Origin: Ruditapes philippinarum
Taxonomy: Eukaryota
DNA: 64,000 nt
Assembly (NCBI RefSeq): GCF_026571515.1
Contig: NW_026867118.1
Location: 124,001-188,000 of the forward strand
Direction: 5' to 3'
The position numbers and the translations under genes are program-made. Below, one piece after another: positions 62,901 to 64,000 of this stretch; position 1 is the stretch's first letter, and each line of letters begins with the position of its first letter. The notes under the pieces are model-generated. The model was not told where the DNA came from and made no database searches. It saw nothing but the letters and a program-made list of their open reading frames with translations.

Positions 62901-64000
62901 AATATGTAAACTCTGGGACACATTGTTATTTACAGTGCTACTGCATATCAGACAAACCAGTTATAAGTAGTATCAGAAATCCAAACTGCAATGCTGGATG
63001 TTCTGTTTTTTATAACGCTGCTTGTGGCGGAGACAAGGTCATTTCACTGTACAGAATGCTACCTCACAACGGTAAATACAACATTTTTTATATTTCATAC
63101 ATACCATTCATGTTTTAAATGTTATTTATATACAAATGTATTTTTATAGATCTATAATTGTAAAAGTTTAGACAAGTGACACAAATAATTTAAGCTATCA
63201 TCATACACTAACAATAAATTTAGATTACATAATTTGTGCCAAAATACACAAAAAGTAGACATTTCTACGGAAGTAAATGGTTAATACATAGCGATAAAAA
63301 TAATATGATATTATAATTTACATATATTAAGTAAAGTTATACGGACAGCAAATTAGAATATATATTGATTTATAACATATGAAACATTTGCTGAGGAATT
63401 ATTTTTTGATCACATTGAGGCGTTGAAATTTAAGTATATTTATCATTATTTTCGGAAGAATCTAAACATATTCCTGCTGCAAAACAGGACAACAAAACTT
63501 GTCTCAAAATAGGTATCGACAAAAGTAAAGGAAACAAAACGTATGAATGGAAATATTGTTCCGAACAAATGCCGGCACTTTGCACATCTGGTGAGTGTTT
63601 ACTAATTACAGAGTTTTTACTGCAGTATGCTTTATATGAAAGCCGTTCAATGTATAAAACTGTACAAAGAAAATAAATATAATAAATAAACATAAATGTT
63701 TATCCATGTTAAATTTCACAAATGCATCTTTATTACTACAATATACACATTTAGAATTCTTACTTTTTCATTCGAATTAATGAGATTTCGTTATATGTTT
63801 TGGGATAACTCGTTTATATTACAATATATAATGCTCACAGTTGCTGCAAAGCCGAATCAATCGAGTTATTGTGGGAATATGAATAATGTTTTCTATAATA
63901 TATATAGCTAGCAAATATTTCACATTTCTTCTTTCCTGCTTTTGTAAGATTCAGACCGATCAGTACAAATAAATATGAAACAGAAAAGCTGGATGAATGC
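59999..64000 (+). CDS. Tandem paralogue 2 of the WSC/lectin-like receptor (partial, runs off the window end)
   Basis: Exons 59999-60056, 60720-60905, 61258-61373, 62936-63071, 63459-63590, 63949->64000. Same exon order and phases as paralogue 1, with shared peptides (CEIATP, LTVDMNG, YYQQTALFEYIGCMSS, NIGRCYSACS, YNAACGG, YRML.HN). Confidence 0.85.
62166..62528. repeat. ~180-bp direct duplication
   Basis: AAATTAAGGGAAACTTTGAT...ATTTCAAATATTTTGAG occurs at ~62198 and ~62375. Confidence 0.9.

Overview
AT-rich, intron-rich eukaryotic genomic DNA. The repeat families (Helentron-associated HINE-like elements with internal tandem arrays, tRNA-derived SINEs) suggest a bivalve mollusc (inference). 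I traced six spliced genes by hand using GT-AG boundaries and phase: the last two exons of NDUFA8 (+); a complete ASB3-like ankyrin/SOCS-box gene (-, 576 aa); RSPH1 (-, 308 aa) head-to-head with PIH1D2 (+, 323 aa), both motile-cilia genes; and two tandem paralogues (+) of an uncharacterised secretory-pathway protein. Paralogue 1 reads as a single-pass receptor: signal peptide, a WSC domain apparently nested inside a split C-type-lectin-like fold, a second degenerate lectin-like domain, a Thr-rich stalk, a TM helix and a tail with nine tyrosines. Paralogue 2 runs off the window. Between PIH1D2 and the receptors lie a 5'-truncated, frameshifted LINE and a near-intact L2-type LINE with an open 1006-codon EN+RT frame. 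Introns carry many MITEs, HINEs, SINEs and minisatellites, plus several near-perfect palindromes, including a 299-bp one next to the ASB3 start exon. The best candidate for an undescribed system is the tandem lectin/WSC receptor family. All identifications come from reading the sequence and recalling family motifs; no database searches were run.
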